A DNA stretch of 64,000 nt from positions 1-64,000 of the forward strand of contig JBQTHX010000067.1 in assembly GCA_052389415.1 (NCBI GenBank), read 5' to 3'. The position numbers and the translations under genes are program-made. Below the pieces are notes generated by a model, which made no database searches, had not been told where the DNA came from, and saw nothing but the letters and a program-made list of their open reading frames with translations. Below are positions 48,892 to 58,847 of this stretch, piece after piece. The first letter of the stretch is position 1. Each line of letters starts with the position of its first letter. The stretch comes from Nitrosopumilaceae archaeon (GTDB lineage: Archaea; Thermoproteota; Nitrososphaeria; Nitrososphaerales; Nitrosopumilaceae).

Positions 48892-49629
48892 TTACCTTTG
48901 CCTTTTTGCAGAATTCTCTTTTGCCTTTGCAGCATATCTTTCAATATCTTTTTCTGCCACCTTGGTTAAAAGTTTGGCATCGTTGAGAATTTGCGACATC
49001 TTTACATGTTTTGTTCCTTCTTTATCCTCACTGACTAAATAAATTGATTCTATTGCAAGCGCAGCTGCATCTTCCAATGACATGTCTTTTTTATAGAATT
49101 TTTCTAAATGTTCAGTTACTTGATCGGCGCCAGAACCAATTGAGACCGCATCGTATGAAATGTATGTTCCACTAGGATCGGTTAGGTATATTGTGCTTCC
49201 ACTCTTGTCTATTCCTGCGATAATAAGAGCTACGCCAAATGGTCTTACTCCTGCGTATTGTGTAAATTGTTGGCATTGATCTGCAAGGTGTTTTGCCACC
49301 GATTCAACTTCGATTGGTTCATCATATATCATCCTGTTACTTTGTGAGAAAAATCTGGCATTATCTACCTGGCTACGTGCATCTGGAATATATCCTGCGG
49401 CGGCCACTCCAATGTGGTCATCTACTTGGAAAATTTTCTGAGTTACTTCAGCATTCTGTAATTTACGTGGTTTTTCTTCCACTGCAAGGATTATTCCATC
49501 TTTACTTTTTATTCCGATTGCAAGAGTACCTCGTCTGACTGTTTCAATAGCATACTCCACTTGGTATAATCTTCCATCGGGAGAGAATACAGTGATTGCT
49601 CTATCATAACCTGCGGCTGCTGGTAACAA
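48892..49629 (-). CDS. psmA: proteasome alpha subunit
   Basis: YDRAITVFSPDGRLYQVEYA; start placed at TTG 49629. Confidence 0.96.
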   Translation of the reverse strand: MLPAAAGYDRAITVFSPDGRLYQVEYAIETVRRGTLAIGIKSKDGIILAVEEKPRKLQNAEVTQKIFQVDDHIGVAAAGYIPDARSQVDNARFFSQSNRMIYDEPIEVESVAKHLADQCQQFTQYAGVRPFGVALIIAGIDKSGSTIYLTDPSGTYISYDAVSIGSGADQVTEHLEKFYKKDMSLEDAAALAIESIYLVSEDKEGTKHVKMSQILNDAKLLTKVAEKDIERYAAKAKENSAKRQR

Positions 49630-49680
49630 ATCAATTTTCATCCTTTGAAGGTTTAATTTAAGTCTAGTGATACTTTTTGC

Positions 49681-50097
49681 ATGCTTTTTGAGATCCCATT
49701 TTATGGTCACGAAAATATTCGATCGCTTCATCAAAAAACAATCGAGATAACAACAGAATCAGAACTTACATTAAATGGAGATTGTATAATAGGAGTTGGT
49801 GCAAGTTGTGGATGCAATGGAATTCCAGAAAAAATGAAAAATCTTTTGTGCAGTTCAAAAACAATCATTTTATTTACAGTTAAAGTCAAAGATTTTTCTT
49901 TCAAAACAAAAGGAAAAGGCCATGACGGACTTACATTAATCCATCCACATGATATTGTGATTAGAAAAAGTTCATTTGTGTGCCCACGCACCCTAGCAGT
50001 AAATTGCGACAAGGCATCAGATTCTATTCCTCGCGAAATGATAAAAATTTTGCAGGATCCTGATATAAAAGGGATTTTTTCAATAGAGATAATCTAA
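49681..50097 (+). CDS. DUF371 family protein
   Basis: GHENI...H..TIEIT...GDCIIG...IVIRKS.F...RTL. Confidence 0.9.
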   Translation: MLFEIPFYGHENIRSLHQKTIEITTESELTLNGDCIIGVGASCGCNGIPEKMKNLLCSSKTIILFTVKVKDFSFKTKGKGHDGLTLIHPHDIVIRKSSFVCPRTLAVNCDKASDSIPREMIKILQDPDIKGIFSIEII

Positions 50098-50663
50098 TCT
50101 TTTTTAGATACAGATTTTGATTTTTTATCTGGAATTATTAGAGAGTCAGAAGAGTTATTTTCAAAGATGTTCGTCACTGCACGATTAATAATTTCCATTA
50201 AAACATATTGATTATAATGTGAATCGTTTAGGTGTTCAATATTTTTCTTTTTTATTTTCAACAGATTTTTTTGTAAAATATTTTTTATCATTTTTTCTAT
50301 TCTTACAGAAACATCCAAGATGGCATTAGAATATTCTGAATCGAAATGTTGGGGAATCCCATATCCAAGAAGTTTTACTGAAGTGCCATAATACTTCATT
50401 ACAGCACCACGAGCTTCTTCCATCTTTACTATCTCAATTAGTCCAGCGTTCTTCAATATGTCAAGATGATGTCTAATTGTAGTAACCGCCTTTTTGTGAC
50501 CGGTTTTATATAATTCACCAGATATCTGTTCAGCCGTGAGTTCGTTGTGATATAAAATTTGGAGGATTTTAATTCGTGCAGAATCGTTAAGTGCCTTTCC
50601 CTGTTCCGTATTGGTTATAAGAATTCTGTTTATTTTGATTTCTTTTTTTAATAGTGTAGACAT
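50094..50663 (-). CDS. ArsR-like winged-helix regulator
   Basis: KAL.D..R.KIL..L, TIRHHLDILK.AGLI, KYY. Confidence 0.88.
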   Translation of the reverse strand: MSTLLKKEIKINRILITNTEQGKALNDSARIKILQILYHNELTAEQISGELYKTGHKKAVTTIRHHLDILKNAGLIEIVKMEEARGAVMKYYGTSVKLLGYGIPQHFDSEYSNAILDVSVRIEKMIKNILQKNLLKIKKKNIEHLNDSHYNQYVLMEIINRAVTNIFENNSSDSLIIPDKKSKSVSKKD

Positions 50664-50874
50664 TTCTTTCTACAGTTTTAATGATAATCTAAAAGAGCAA
50701 GGCGTTACAGTTTTTTGTCCTTTAGCATTAATTTTTTTATGCTACTATAAAGATAATAGCAAAGGGATTAACTGTCAAATTACAACTATGATTTTCATAA
50801 CATACTTAATGTATTAGTTATAAATTCAAATAATTAGGACCATTACAAAAAATTAAATATTTTTTAAAAAAAAT

Positions 50875-50953
50875 CCAGTTTTGGGACATTTAGCCATTTT
50901 TTGAGCCAATCCAGTGGCAAAATTGCCGAAAGGCATTGGGATGCCCAGTACTG
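50875..50953. ncRNA. candidate structured RNA (strand uncertain)
   Basis: Locally GC-richer intergenic stretch with TGCC-GAAA-GGCA hairpin and long closing stem. Confidence 0.35.
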
Positions 50954-50961
50954 AATTCGAG

Positions 50962-51789
50962 TTATAGCAAGTGACCAGTAATTTTTTCGTATGAAAGGAT
51001 ATATCTTGAAGACAGTTGTTGACACAATTCTTGCGGAAGTTCAGGCGCAACTGGTTCCTTGCCTAACTTCCTTTCATCATCAAATTGTTTTTGAATGCCA
51101 TGGTGGGTTAGCCAGTCACGAAGAAGTTGCTTATCATAGCTTTCTTGTCGCTTTCCTATTTGATAGGTCTCTTTAGGCCACATTCTGTATTCATCCGGTC
51201 CAATCGAATCGCCAAGCAGTATTTCATTACCAAGTTTTCCAAACTCTAATTTTAGATCTGCCAGAATAAAACCCGCGTTTTCTGCAATCTGGTATATTTT
51301 TTTGTATACTGCAATTGATGTTTCTTCTAGCCAATCATATTCTTCAGCAGTCACAAGTTTCCTATCAATGGCATTTTTTTTATTAATTGGCAAGTCGTGA
51401 GTTTCTGATTTCGTGGTGGGATCAAAAATTGGTTCTGGCAGTCTTGCCGCAAGTGACGTATTAGTGTTAGTTGGAACTTTAACTTCACCATTTTGCCACC
51501 GTTGAATTAGGCTACCATAGAAATATCCTCTTACAACGCACTCCATCGGAATCATTTTCATTTTTTTTACTATCATCTTATCTTTTGATTCTGTTCTAAT
51601 GTAATGGTTAGCGTTTGGAAGTGCCTTAAACCAGAATTCTGCAAATTTACAAAGAACTTCGCCTTTCCTTGGAATGACTGTAGGAAATTTTACATCGAAT
51701 GCAGAAACCCTGTCACTGAAATGAAATAGAAGATTGCCATCCTCTGTGTCGTATATGTCCTTTACTTTTCCTGAACGTAGAAACTTCAA
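50962..51789 (-). CDS. purC: SAICAR synthetase
   Basis: GKVKDIY, SDRVSAFD, ECVVRGY, ADLKLEFG, YDKQ. Confidence 0.95.
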   Translation of the reverse strand: MKFLRSGKVKDIYDTEDGNLLFHFSDRVSAFDVKFPTVIPRKGEVLCKFAEFWFKALPNANHYIRTESKDKMIVKKMKMIPMECVVRGYFYGSLIQRWQNGEVKVPTNTNTSLAARLPEPIFDPTTKSETHDLPINKKNAIDRKLVTAEEYDWLEETSIAVYKKIYQIAENAGFILADLKLEFGKLGNEILLGDSIGPDEYRMWPKETYQIGKRQESYDKQLLRDWLTHHGIQKQFDDERKLGKEPVAPELPQELCQQLSSRYILSYEKITGHLL

Positions 51790-51831
51790 ACATGCGTCTT
51801 TAATTTAGGTATGATTTAAACTGATATAGAA

Positions 51832-52203
51832 TCATGAACCCATCATACCAGGCATTTTAGATGGTAGCCTGTAAGGCATTGTCATTCTGATCCCCTCATC
51901 ACTGGTTACAGTTACATGTTCAAGTTTGTTCCCCGTTGGCGGCGACAGTATTACCTTCTGTCCTGGCTTTAGGAGAGGAATCTTGTCAGTATAACCATCA
52001 TAGTCTATGACTACGTTTGTGAGAGGAGCGTTCCCTGTATTTTGTATTGTTACCCTAGCCATCGTAAAAAGATCCTGTGGATCTTTGAAAGGATCAAGAT
52101 GAAGATCATATTTGACAGGAAATAGAACTGGCAACCCGAAGATCACTATTGCTGTAATAATTATAGCGCCACTTGTGCATGCAACAATAAGATTAGTTTT
52201 CAT
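51832..52203 (-). CDS. membrane-anchored Ig-like hypothetical protein
   Basis: N-terminal TM, IQNTG..PL, LKPGQ. Confidence 0.75.
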   Translation of the reverse strand: MKTNLIVACTSGAIIITAIVIFGLPVLFPVKYDLHLDPFKDPQDLFTMARVTIQNTGNAPLTNVVIDYDGYTDKIPLLKPGQKVILSPPTGNKLEHVTVTSDEGIRMTMPYRLPSKMPGMMGS

Positions 52204-52235
52204 TGGTTTGTTTTGTTATTTCTTATTATTAAGAT

Positions 52236-52481
52236 CTATTTGCCGCCTTGTTCAGGAATTACAGAAAGAGTAGTTGTTGAAATGACATTGTTTATCTTTC
52301 TAATTTTTTTGGTGATAACTTGTTCAATTTCTTTTCTTGTTTGAACTTGAACCTTGGCAAAAATATCGTAAACACCATAAGTTCCCATGACTTCTTTTAT
52401 GCCATCAATTTTCAAAAGATCATTCATTACATCCATTTCATGTCCAATTTTGCTTTTGACTAAAACATAAGCAATCTCCAT
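52236..52481 (-). CDS. Lrp/AsnC ligand-binding-domain-only protein
   Basis: AYVLV...G.YDIFAKV...KIRKI..V.STTTL. Confidence 0.88.
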   Translation of the reverse strand: MEIAYVLVKSKIGHEMDVMNDLLKIDGIKEVMGTYGVYDIFAKVQVQTRKEIEQVITKKIRKINNVISTTTLSVIPEQGGK

Positions 52482-52483
52482 TT

Positions 52484-53920
52484 TTATTCACCTTTAATTT
52501 CGGCCCTTGTTTTAAAGACTGGTTTGATGCCTAGCGTGGCATAATTTCCATTGGAACAGGTAAAACACATAGAGTTAACGTCTATTCCAACTGCTTCTGC
52601 CAAGTTTTTTTCGTCATTGTAGCCAAGAAAATCTGCGCCTATGATCTGTCTTACTTTTTCAGTCAATGCCTTTTCATCATACTCTTTACCATCTTCAATA
52701 AATGTTACAAGTTCATCTTGTGATGGAAAATCGATTCCTGCATAACATGGAAATTTAATCGGCGGATATGTTATTACCATGCTTATCTTTCTTGCACCAG
52801 CTCTACGAAGTGCTTTGATGATTGCCTTGGAGCTTGTGCCACGAACTAAACTATCATCAACAACCACAACATGTTTGCCAGCAATTACAGAAGTGATTGG
52901 AATTATCCACCTATTGATTTCAACTCTATCGCTTTGGTGCGGTTCTATGAAACTTCGTAGTGGTCCCTTCCTGCTGTATCTATCCTTTAGTAACCCTTCT
53001 TCAAATGGAACCCCAAGCTCCTGAGCATAACCAAGTGCAGCTGGTCTGGCAGAATCGGGAACAGGAATAACTATATCAGCATCATTTATTGGAAATTTCT
53101 TTGCAAGATGTTTACCAATTTTTTTTCTTGCCAAATAGATGTTGGATCCTTCCATAATGCTTGACGGATGGGCAAAGTACGTAAATTCAAACGAACAATG
53201 GGAATGTATTTTTTCTTCTGAAAACATCTCTGATTCCAGACCAGAATTACTGATTTTGATTAGTTCACCTGGTTTTACGTCTCTTATCAGTTCTGCGCTG
53301 ACTGCAGCAATTGCTGATGATTCTGATGCGACGATATAGGTATTGATATCTTTTCTAAAACCAAGGACCATGGGTCTAAATCCTTTAGGATCGCGCGCGG
53401 CATATACTGCGTTATCATCAGAGACAAAGGTAAAGCAAAAAGAGCCAATCATTTCATTTTTCAAAATTGAGAGAGCGTTTCCTAGTTTTCCATTGTTTGC
53501 CATTAGTGAAACAAGTCTTTTTGCTGCAACAAGTGTATCACTGACATTTTGTGGCGTAAATGTACAGCCTCCTACCATGCCAGCTAATTCTTCGACATTT
53601 GCAATTGTCCCATTATGTGCAATACAAAGATCACGTACCTTCAAAGGTTGAGCATTTTCCAAGTTACTCTTTCCCATAGTAGAATACCTGACATGTCCTA
53701 TAGCAGCAGGTGACGCATATTCTCGTGCAACTTTGTCAAACTCTGATGCCGCAGATGAAACAAGACCAATTTGCTTATGCGGCTCCTTTTTAGGAATAGC
53801 AATTCCCCAAGCTTCTTGACCACGATGTTGTAAGGCTCGTAAGGAATCAATAACCATTGGAATTACATTAGCTCCATCAAGGCTAAAGATTCCTACAACT
53901 CCACAATTTTCTTTAACCAT
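52484..53920 (-). CDS. purF: amidophosphoribosyltransferase
   Basis: CGVVG, LQHRGQE, GHVRYST, VDDSLVRGT. Confidence 0.96.
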   Translation of the reverse strand: MVKENCGVVGIFSLDGANVIPMVIDSLRALQHRGQEAWGIAIPKKEPHKQIGLVSSAASEFDKVAREYASPAAIGHVRYSTMGKSNLENAQPLKVRDLCIAHNGTIANVEELAGMVGGCTFTPQNVSDTLVAAKRLVSLMANNGKLGNALSILKNEMIGSFCFTFVSDDNAVYAARDPKGFRPMVLGFRKDINTYIVASESSAIAAVSAELIRDVKPGELIKISNSGLESEMFSEEKIHSHCSFEFTYFAHPSSIMEGSNIYLARKKIGKHLAKKFPINDADIVIPVPDSARPAALGYAQELGVPFEEGLLKDRYSRKGPLRSFIEPHQSDRVEINRWIIPITSVIAGKHVVVVDDSLVRGTSSKAIIKALRRAGARKISMVITYPPIKFPCYAGIDFPSQDELVTFIEDGKEYDEKALTEKVRQIIGADFLGYNDEKNLAEAVGIDVNSMCFTCSNGNYATLGIKPVFKTRAEIKGE

Positions 53921-56078
53921 GCGCAACCAATGACTCCAATGAGTTTAACCATTTTTCTTGTGCTTTATCAATCCTTAGATTGAGTATCTTTTTGGACTGG
54001 TTTTTAAAAACGATTTTTGAACCCGAAAACCTTCCAATTATTCCATAAGGTAATTCTTTTCGTTTTAAGATATCTTCAATTTTTTTTACGTTTTTTTGAT
54101 TCGCTGCAAGTAAATATCTTGAATGCGATTCTGAAAATAATAGATCAGCAGAGTTTAATTTTTCTGCGGGCATTTTATCCAAAGAAGTTATACAACCAAT
54201 TTGGTTGTTAATACACAATTCAGATACGGCAATTGCCATCCCGCCTTTAGAACAATCATGTACAGAGTTGACTAGATTTTCTCCTATTAGATTCAAAACT
54301 ACTTCCATAGAGGTTTTTGAAATTTCAAAGTTCACAGCAGGGCACACCCCACCAACCAAATTGTGAATGTATTCATAATATTCTGAACCGCCAAGTTCTT
54401 TTTTTGTCTCTCCAATAATAATCAGAAAATCATTTTGTGAGACTTGTTGCCTGCATAATGTTTTTTTTTCAATCAAACCTAGCACACCAATTAGTGGAGT
54501 GGGTTTAATTGGACCACCATCTGTTTCATTATAGAAACTGACTTTTCCTCCCACACATGGAATTTCACAATGTTTTGCAAAGTCAGTTATTCCCTGAAGT
54601 GATTCTTTGAAAGTCCAAAAAATTTCGGGATCCTCCGGATTTCCAAATTGCAAGTGATCAACCATACCTATTGGTGTTGCGCCTGTGCAGACAACATTTC
54701 TACATGCTTCTTCAAAGCATCCAATTGCTCCTTGTCTTGGATCAATATAGCAATGTTTTGAATTGCCATCAATTTTTATAGAAAGGAATTTTCCATTGTC
54801 AAGTCGTAACACTGAAGCATCATGACCTGGTTTTACTACGGTTCTTATTCCTACTTCATGATCATATTGCCCATAAACCCAGATCTTACTTGCAATGTTA
54901 GGATTTGCAAGCATCGATAGTAGAACCGTTGTAAAGTCGTTTGGAGTCTTTGGTTCTTTTATTTTCTTTAATTTTTCCAGATATTTTGGCATTGATGAAG
55001 GCCTGTCAAGCAACGGAGCATTTGCCACAACTGCGCTTGGAAGTTTTGCAATAGTATTTGTTTCAACTTTAACTTGCATCAGTCTGTCTTCTTTTACTCT
55101 TCCTATGACAGAGTATGGAACGAGGAATTTTTCACAGATTTCCTTGAGTTGTTGAAGATTGTATCTATCAGTTATCACAAGCATCCGCTCTTGTGATTCT
55201 GATATCATAATCTCAGTGGGAGACATTCCTTCCTCTCTCTTGTGGACTCTAGCTACGTCTAATTCAATTCCAATTGAAAGCGCGTCTGAAGTTTCAGATA
55301 CGGCGCATGAAAGGCCTCCACCTCCCAAATCTTTCATTGCTTTAATACAGCCTTTATCGCGTGCCTCAAGGATTGCTTCGATGACAAGCTTCTCAATAAA
55401 AGGATCTGGGATTTGAACTGCGGAACGGTTTTCCGATTCTAATGTGTCGGATGCAAATTGAGAACCCCCCATTCCATCTCGCCCAGTAGAACCTCCAATT
55501 AGGACTACAAAGTCGTCTTTGTCTGCTCTGTTTTTAATTAGCTTATTTTTTTTACCAAAACCAACTGCTGCAACATCAACTAGGGCATAATTTTTAAAAC
55601 AGTCATCAAATTCAATCTCTCCTCCTACTGTGGGAATTCCAAGGCAGTTTCCATAATCTGCGATACCGCGTACTACATTTTTGAAAAGCCATTTTGCGTT
55701 GTTGTCCTTTTCTATATTTCCAAAGCGTAATCCATCAAGAATTGCAATCGGTCTTGTCCCTGCTGACAAGATGTCCCGAATAACACCACCAACTCCAGTT
55801 GCCGCACCCCCATACGGTTCCACGGCAGACGGATGATTGTGACTTTCTATATGTATCGTAACAACGTAGTCATCGCCAACATCTAAAACCCCTGAATCAT
55901 ATCCTTGTCCTGAAATGACGCGTTTGCCTTCTTTTGGCAATATTTTAAGATGCTTTTTTGATGATTTGTATGAACAATGTTCTGACCATTCTGCAGCGAC
56001 GATTTGTAATTCAAGTGGATTAGGTTTTCGTCCAATTTTTTTCTCTAGAAATAACTGTTCTTGCGAGGTCAGACTCAT
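53913..56078 (-). CDS. purL: FGAM synthase subunit PurL
   Basis: WSEHCSYKSS, ESHNHPS, DLGGGG, SESQERM. Confidence 0.96.
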   Translation of the reverse strand: MSLTSQEQLFLEKKIGRKPNPLELQIVAAEWSEHCSYKSSKKHLKILPKEGKRVISGQGYDSGVLDVGDDYVVTIHIESHNHPSAVEPYGGAATGVGGVIRDILSAGTRPIAILDGLRFGNIEKDNNAKWLFKNVVRGIADYGNCLGIPTVGGEIEFDDCFKNYALVDVAAVGFGKKNKLIKNRADKDDFVVLIGGSTGRDGMGGSQFASDTLESENRSAVQIPDPFIEKLVIEAILEARDKGCIKAMKDLGGGGLSCAVSETSDALSIGIELDVARVHKREEGMSPTEIMISESQERMLVITDRYNLQQLKEICEKFLVPYSVIGRVKEDRLMQVKVETNTIAKLPSAVVANAPLLDRPSSMPKYLEKLKKIKEPKTPNDFTTVLLSMLANPNIASKIWVYGQYDHEVGIRTVVKPGHDASVLRLDNGKFLSIKIDGNSKHCYIDPRQGAIGCFEEACRNVVCTGATPIGMVDHLQFGNPEDPEIFWTFKESLQGITDFAKHCEIPCVGGKVSFYNETDGGPIKPTPLIGVLGLIEKKTLCRQQVSQNDFLIIIGETKKELGGSEYYEYIHNLVGGVCPAVNFEISKTSMEVVLNLIGENLVNSVHDCSKGGMAIAVSELCINNQIGCITSLDKMPAEKLNSADLLFSESHSRYLLAANQKNVKKIEDILKRKELPYGIIGRFSGSKIVFKNQSKKILNLRIDKAQEKWLNSLESLVAHG

Positions 56079-56755
56079 TGTGCCACACCCATGTTAGTTA
56101 AAAGGGATTCAAAAATCATCGAGGCGGGTTTAGAATTCTTTGGGTTAATGAGAGGTTCTGCAGCTCTCTCGGGATGAGGCATCATCCCAACTACGTTTCC
56201 TTTTTTGTTACAGATACCTGCAATGTTATTGGTTGAACCATTTGTTTCCTCACAATAAGTAAAGACTATCTGATTGTTCTTTTGTAAGATGTTCAGAGTT
56301 TCCTTATCAGCATAGTATCTTCCTTCACCATTTGCGATTGGTATTGGTATTCTTTGATTTAATTTGAATTTAGTAGTAAATGGCGTTTTATTGTTTTTTA
56401 CTATTAACTCAGTCCATTTACACATGAAATTAAGTGAAGTATTTTTTAGTAATGCACCTGGCAAAAGACCAGATTCTACAAGGATTTGAAAACCATTACA
56501 AACACCAAGTACAGGCATTCCTTTTTCTGCCATTTTTTTTATTCTAGAAATAGCTGGACTATGAGCAGCAATTACTCCAGCACGAAGCCGATCACCATAT
56601 GAAAATCCTCCGGGGAGAACTACAGCGTCAAGATTTTTGGGTAGTTCATGTTCATGCCAGAAAAGCTGTGTGTTTAATTTAAAAACATCGCTAAGTACGT
56701 GCAGCATATCACGATCGCAGTTGCTCCCTGGAAAAACTACAATTCCTACTTTCAC
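56075..56755 (-). CDS. purQ: FGAM synthase subunit PurQ
   Basis: FPGSNCD, GGFSYGD, GVCNGFQ, MMPHPER. Confidence 0.96.
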   Translation of the reverse strand: MKVGIVVFPGSNCDRDMLHVLSDVFKLNTQLFWHEHELPKNLDAVVLPGGFSYGDRLRAGVIAAHSPAISRIKKMAEKGMPVLGVCNGFQILVESGLLPGALLKNTSLNFMCKWTELIVKNNKTPFTTKFKLNQRIPIPIANGEGRYYADKETLNILQKNNQIVFTYCEETNGSTNNIAGICNKKGNVVGMMPHPERAAEPLINPKNSKPASMIFESLLTNMGVAQ

Positions 56756-56832
56756 AATTTTTGTATCTTGTCAGGATTATTAAATTGAATCGAATGAAAT
56801 CGTTTTTATCTAATTTCTTTTTGATAGGAAAT

Positions 56833-57273
56833 ATGACAAATGTTCGCGACATCATGATCCGGAATGTCGTTACCATCGATCATGAAAAAACATCGAAAGA
56901 TGTGGCGCTATTAATGTCAGAAAAGCAGGTGAGTTCATTAGTAGTCATAAAGGATGGCAATCCAATTGGGCTAGTTACAGAAAGAGATCTATCACGCAAG
57001 GTCATGACTACAGATAGGAAAAGCGCTGATGTTCCACTTTCTGAGATAATGTCCTTAAAATTCAGATGGGTAGAACCAATGACGCCTATTGAAGACGCCA
57101 TTCAAAAGATGATAAATAACAATATTCGCAGATTGTTAGTATTAGAAGAAGGCAAACTCGTTGGAATAATTACTGAAACTGACCTAGCAAGACATCTTAG
57201 AAGTAAACTCCTCATAGATGGAGCGCTAGAGGATTTCACTGCTTTAAAACGCAAAATAGTAAAAAGCGGCTAG
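56833..57273 (+). CDS. CBS-domain-pair protein
   Basis: VRDIM...G.VTERDL...IRRL.V...VGIITETDL. Confidence 0.9.
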   Translation: MTNVRDIMIRNVVTIDHEKTSKDVALLMSEKQVSSLVVIKDGNPIGLVTERDLSRKVMTTDRKSADVPLSEIMSLKFRWVEPMTPIEDAIQKMINNNIRRLLVLEEGKLVGIITETDLARHLRSKLLIDGALEDFTALKRKIVKSG

Positions 57274-57530
57274 CTTTCAGAGCCTTCAACAGTTACACGA
57301 CTTACAAGGGGGTTGTATATTCGGAATTCATTACATAAATCCATCACGGTTTTTTCAGCTATTTTTTTGTTTTTTGCATCAACCTCAAATTTTAACATCT
57401 TGGCTGATCGAACTTTCTTCACAGGGGAATTGTTTCTTTTCAGAATCAAATCGTGTAGTATAGTCTCTCCTTCTGGATCATTTATCTCCGGCTTATTTTC
57501 TATAACCACATTAACTTTAAAAAATGGCAT
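57270..57530 (-). CDS. purS: FGAM synthase subunit PurS
   Basis: KP.I.DPEG.TI, VR.AK, NPLV. Confidence 0.92.
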   Translation of the reverse strand: MPFFKVNVVIENKPEINDPEGETILHDLILKRNNSPVKKVRSAKMLKFEVDAKNKKIAEKTVMDLCNEFRIYNPLVSRVTVEGSES

Positions 57531-57611
57531 GAGGGTTGTTTGGTTATAATTAATTTAAGCTTTGGTTTATTGATAACATTTTAAACCGTCCAGATTTTCC
57601 CTTTAGATTGT

Positions 57612-57686
57612 GCCAATGTAGCTCAGCCTGGCTAGAGCATCTGACTTGTAATCAGAAGGTCGAGGGTCCAAATCCCTTCATTGGCT
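57612..57686 (+). tRNA. tRNA-Thr(TGT)
   Basis: GCCAATG/CATTGGC acceptor stem, TCTGA-CTTGTAA-TCAGA anticodon arm; T-loop reads TCCAAAT. Confidence 0.92.
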
Positions 57687-57715
57687 TTTTAATTACAGAC
57701 AAAGTTAAGTAACAA

Positions 57716-57973
57716 ATGGGTGAAAAGAACAATATGCATCTAGGATATGTTTTGATAAACTGTGATCTAGGAACTGAGGAATATATCATAGAGGAGCTTA
57801 AACGAATACCTCAGGTCAAAAATGCACATGTCACTTTTGGTTCTTATGATATTATCGCTGAAATTCACGCTAAAACTCAGGAGGATTTTGACAAAGCGGT
57901 ATCGCATGGAATCAGAAACATTTCTCGTGTCATTAGCACTATGACTCTCAAAGTAGTAAATCCCGAAGGATAA
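57716..57973 (+). CDS. Lrp/AsnC ligand-binding-domain-only protein
   Basis: YVLINCDLG.E...FGSYDII...IR.I..V.STMTL. Confidence 0.88.
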   Translation: MGEKNNMHLGYVLINCDLGTEEYIIEELKRIPQVKNAHVTFGSYDIIAEIHAKTQEDFDKAVSHGIRNISRVISTMTLKVVNPEG

Positions 57974-58001
57974 TTATAGAAGAAATGAAATCAGACTAGA
58001 A

Positions 58002-58289
58002 TTGACAAACATAGAATATTCTGGTACAGTCTGGGCCATAAATCACGGTCTACCAGAACCATTGCTTAATCATTGTATAAAGAAACTAGTAGATCATGGG
58101 ATAAAAAAAGAAGACATCAAAATGACTGATGCGCCAGAAAATGTCCAGGTAGGTACTGTTGTTGTTGACATATGGCCATATCACCTTGAAGTGGGGCGTG
58201 TTCGCACAGTTAGAAACGAATCTTTTATCAGTGGAAGTGTAATGATAATTGAATTAAAAGCTGATGCAAATGGGACCTATATCGACTAG
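58002..58289 (+). CDS. conserved hypothetical protein
   Basis: 95-aa ORF with TTATA box upstream. Confidence 0.75.
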   Translation: MTNIEYSGTVWAINHGLPEPLLNHCIKKLVDHGIKKEDIKMTDAPENVQVGTVVVDIWPYHLEVGRVRTVRNESFISGSVMIIELKADANGTYID

Positions 58290-58331
58290 CATATAGAATA
58301 GATTTATTCCAGGTATTAAAAAGAGCTTGAC

Positions 58332-58841
58332 GTGAAGAAAAAATCTGGCCAATCAAGTAAAAAAGGATTGTACATCGCAATCGGAATAGGATTAGTAATA
58401 ATAATACTTGTGATTGGCGTAAGTTATTATATAGACCAAGCAAGAATCGCTGGTCAGAGATTTGGAAATAGTCTTGATCAAATTCAAGCAGAGCTCAAAA
58501 GAGAAACTTCAGATTATGAATCAAAAAAGAAAATTTGGCAGGAAGGCCAATTGACAAAAGATGAACTAATAGAGATTTCCGAAGAACATCTTAAGAATTT
58601 AGAAATAATAGTTAAAAAATATGATGAACTCTCACCCCCTCAGGCATTTATCTCATCAGTGGAGCTCTTCAAACGTTCAACACAAGCCCAGTTGGAAAGT
58701 GATAAACTTTTAAAAAAATGGATAGAAACTGATGATGATTCTATCAAGATTAGATCGGATGAGCTCATGCAGCAATCGTTTGAATATGAGACCAGTGCGT
58801 TAGCATCGTACAATTCCGCAAAAAAAGGTTATACACCATAG
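58332..58841 (+). CDS. membrane-anchored helical protein
   Basis: Basic N-terminus, TM helix, helical ectodomain. Confidence 0.8.
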   Translation: MKKKSGQSSKKGLYIAIGIGLVIIILVIGVSYYIDQARIAGQRFGNSLDQIQAELKRETSDYESKKKIWQEGQLTKDELIEISEEHLKNLEIIVKKYDELSPPQAFISSVELFKRSTQAQLESDKLLKKWIETDDDSIKIRSDELMQQSFEYETSALASYNSAKKGYTP

Positions 58842-58847
58842 AGTCAT

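Noticed and set aside
49630-49734. Extended psmA N-terminus
   Set aside because: Overlaps the divergent DUF371 gene; the conserved alpha-subunit motif follows TTG 49629
50916-50945. Bona fide c-di-GMP-I riboswitch
   Set aside because: Only the first hairpin resembles it; the second hairpin is missing and no same-strand gene follows, so it is kept only as a candidate RNA
50853-51050. 65-aa ORF over the purC 3' end
   Set aside because: Overlaps purC out of frame; the region is better explained as non-coding structure
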